Assembly (NCBI RefSeq): GCF_001194135.2
Contig: NC_068986.1
Coordinates: forward strand, 20,433,853 to 20,466,531
Length of the DNA stretch: 32,679 nucleotides
From: Octopus bimaculoides
Taxonomy: Eukaryota
Direction: 5' to 3'
Position numbers and translations under genes: made by a program
The notes under the pieces: model-generated
Told to the model about the DNA's origin: nothing
The model's input: only the letters and a program-made list of their open reading frames with translations
Database searches by the model: none
Shown: piece by piece, positions 32,293 through 32,679 of the stretch
Layout of the letters: each line of letters starts with the position of its first letter
How positions within the stretch are numbered: the first letter of the stretch is position 1

Positions 32293-32679
32293 CTATCGAG
32301 ATTACAAACAGATCTTAATTAAAATTAAAAGGCAAGAACACCAGGAACAATAATTTCAAACATTGACAGCTCTACACCGATGTTTGGGTGAACAACATTT
32401 TCATTTAAATTCATCACCAGTGCATTAATAGGTGCTGGTATGGCAGTGTGGGTCAGTTCACTTCCCAACCACATGGATTTGAGTTCCGTCGTACTGAGTG
32501 ACACTTTGGGCAAGTGTCTTCTACATAAATCCCAGGTTAACTAAAACATCGTGAGTGGATTTATTAGATGGAAACTGAGAATAGCCCATAATGCATGCAT
32601 GTTTGTGACTCCTTGTTTCAATATTATGCACGCCTGACTGGCACCTGTGCTGATGGCATGTAAAAAGCACCATTCGAGC

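Overview
AT-rich, repeat-dense eukaryotic scaffold with N gaps. The SINE/LINE content and gene style suggest a cephalopod, probably Octopus (inferred from repeat recognition, not a search). Three spliced protein genes can be reconstructed from GT-AG boundaries, phase continuity and homology. A TMEM160-like gene contributes its last three coding exons (+, 127-2530). A mitochondrial rRNA methyltransferase MRM1 lies on + at about 20.8-30.9 kb, with parts probably hidden in N gaps. The last two exons of the RNA helicase DDX55 lie on - at 31281-32292, convergent with MRM1. The rest is tRNA-derived SINEs, RTE/RTE-X/CR1 LINE 3' fragments, piggyBac-, Tc1/mariner-, hAT- and Helentron-like non-autonomous elements, and microsatellites. 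The most notable non-genic signal is a type-I hammerhead ribozyme motif (- strand, 11031-11119) with a palindromic stem III. It sits at the centre of a ~1.5 kb inverted duplication, the architecture expected of a Penelope-like or retrozyme-type element. Most ORFs in the supplied track are gap, microsatellite or repeat artefacts.
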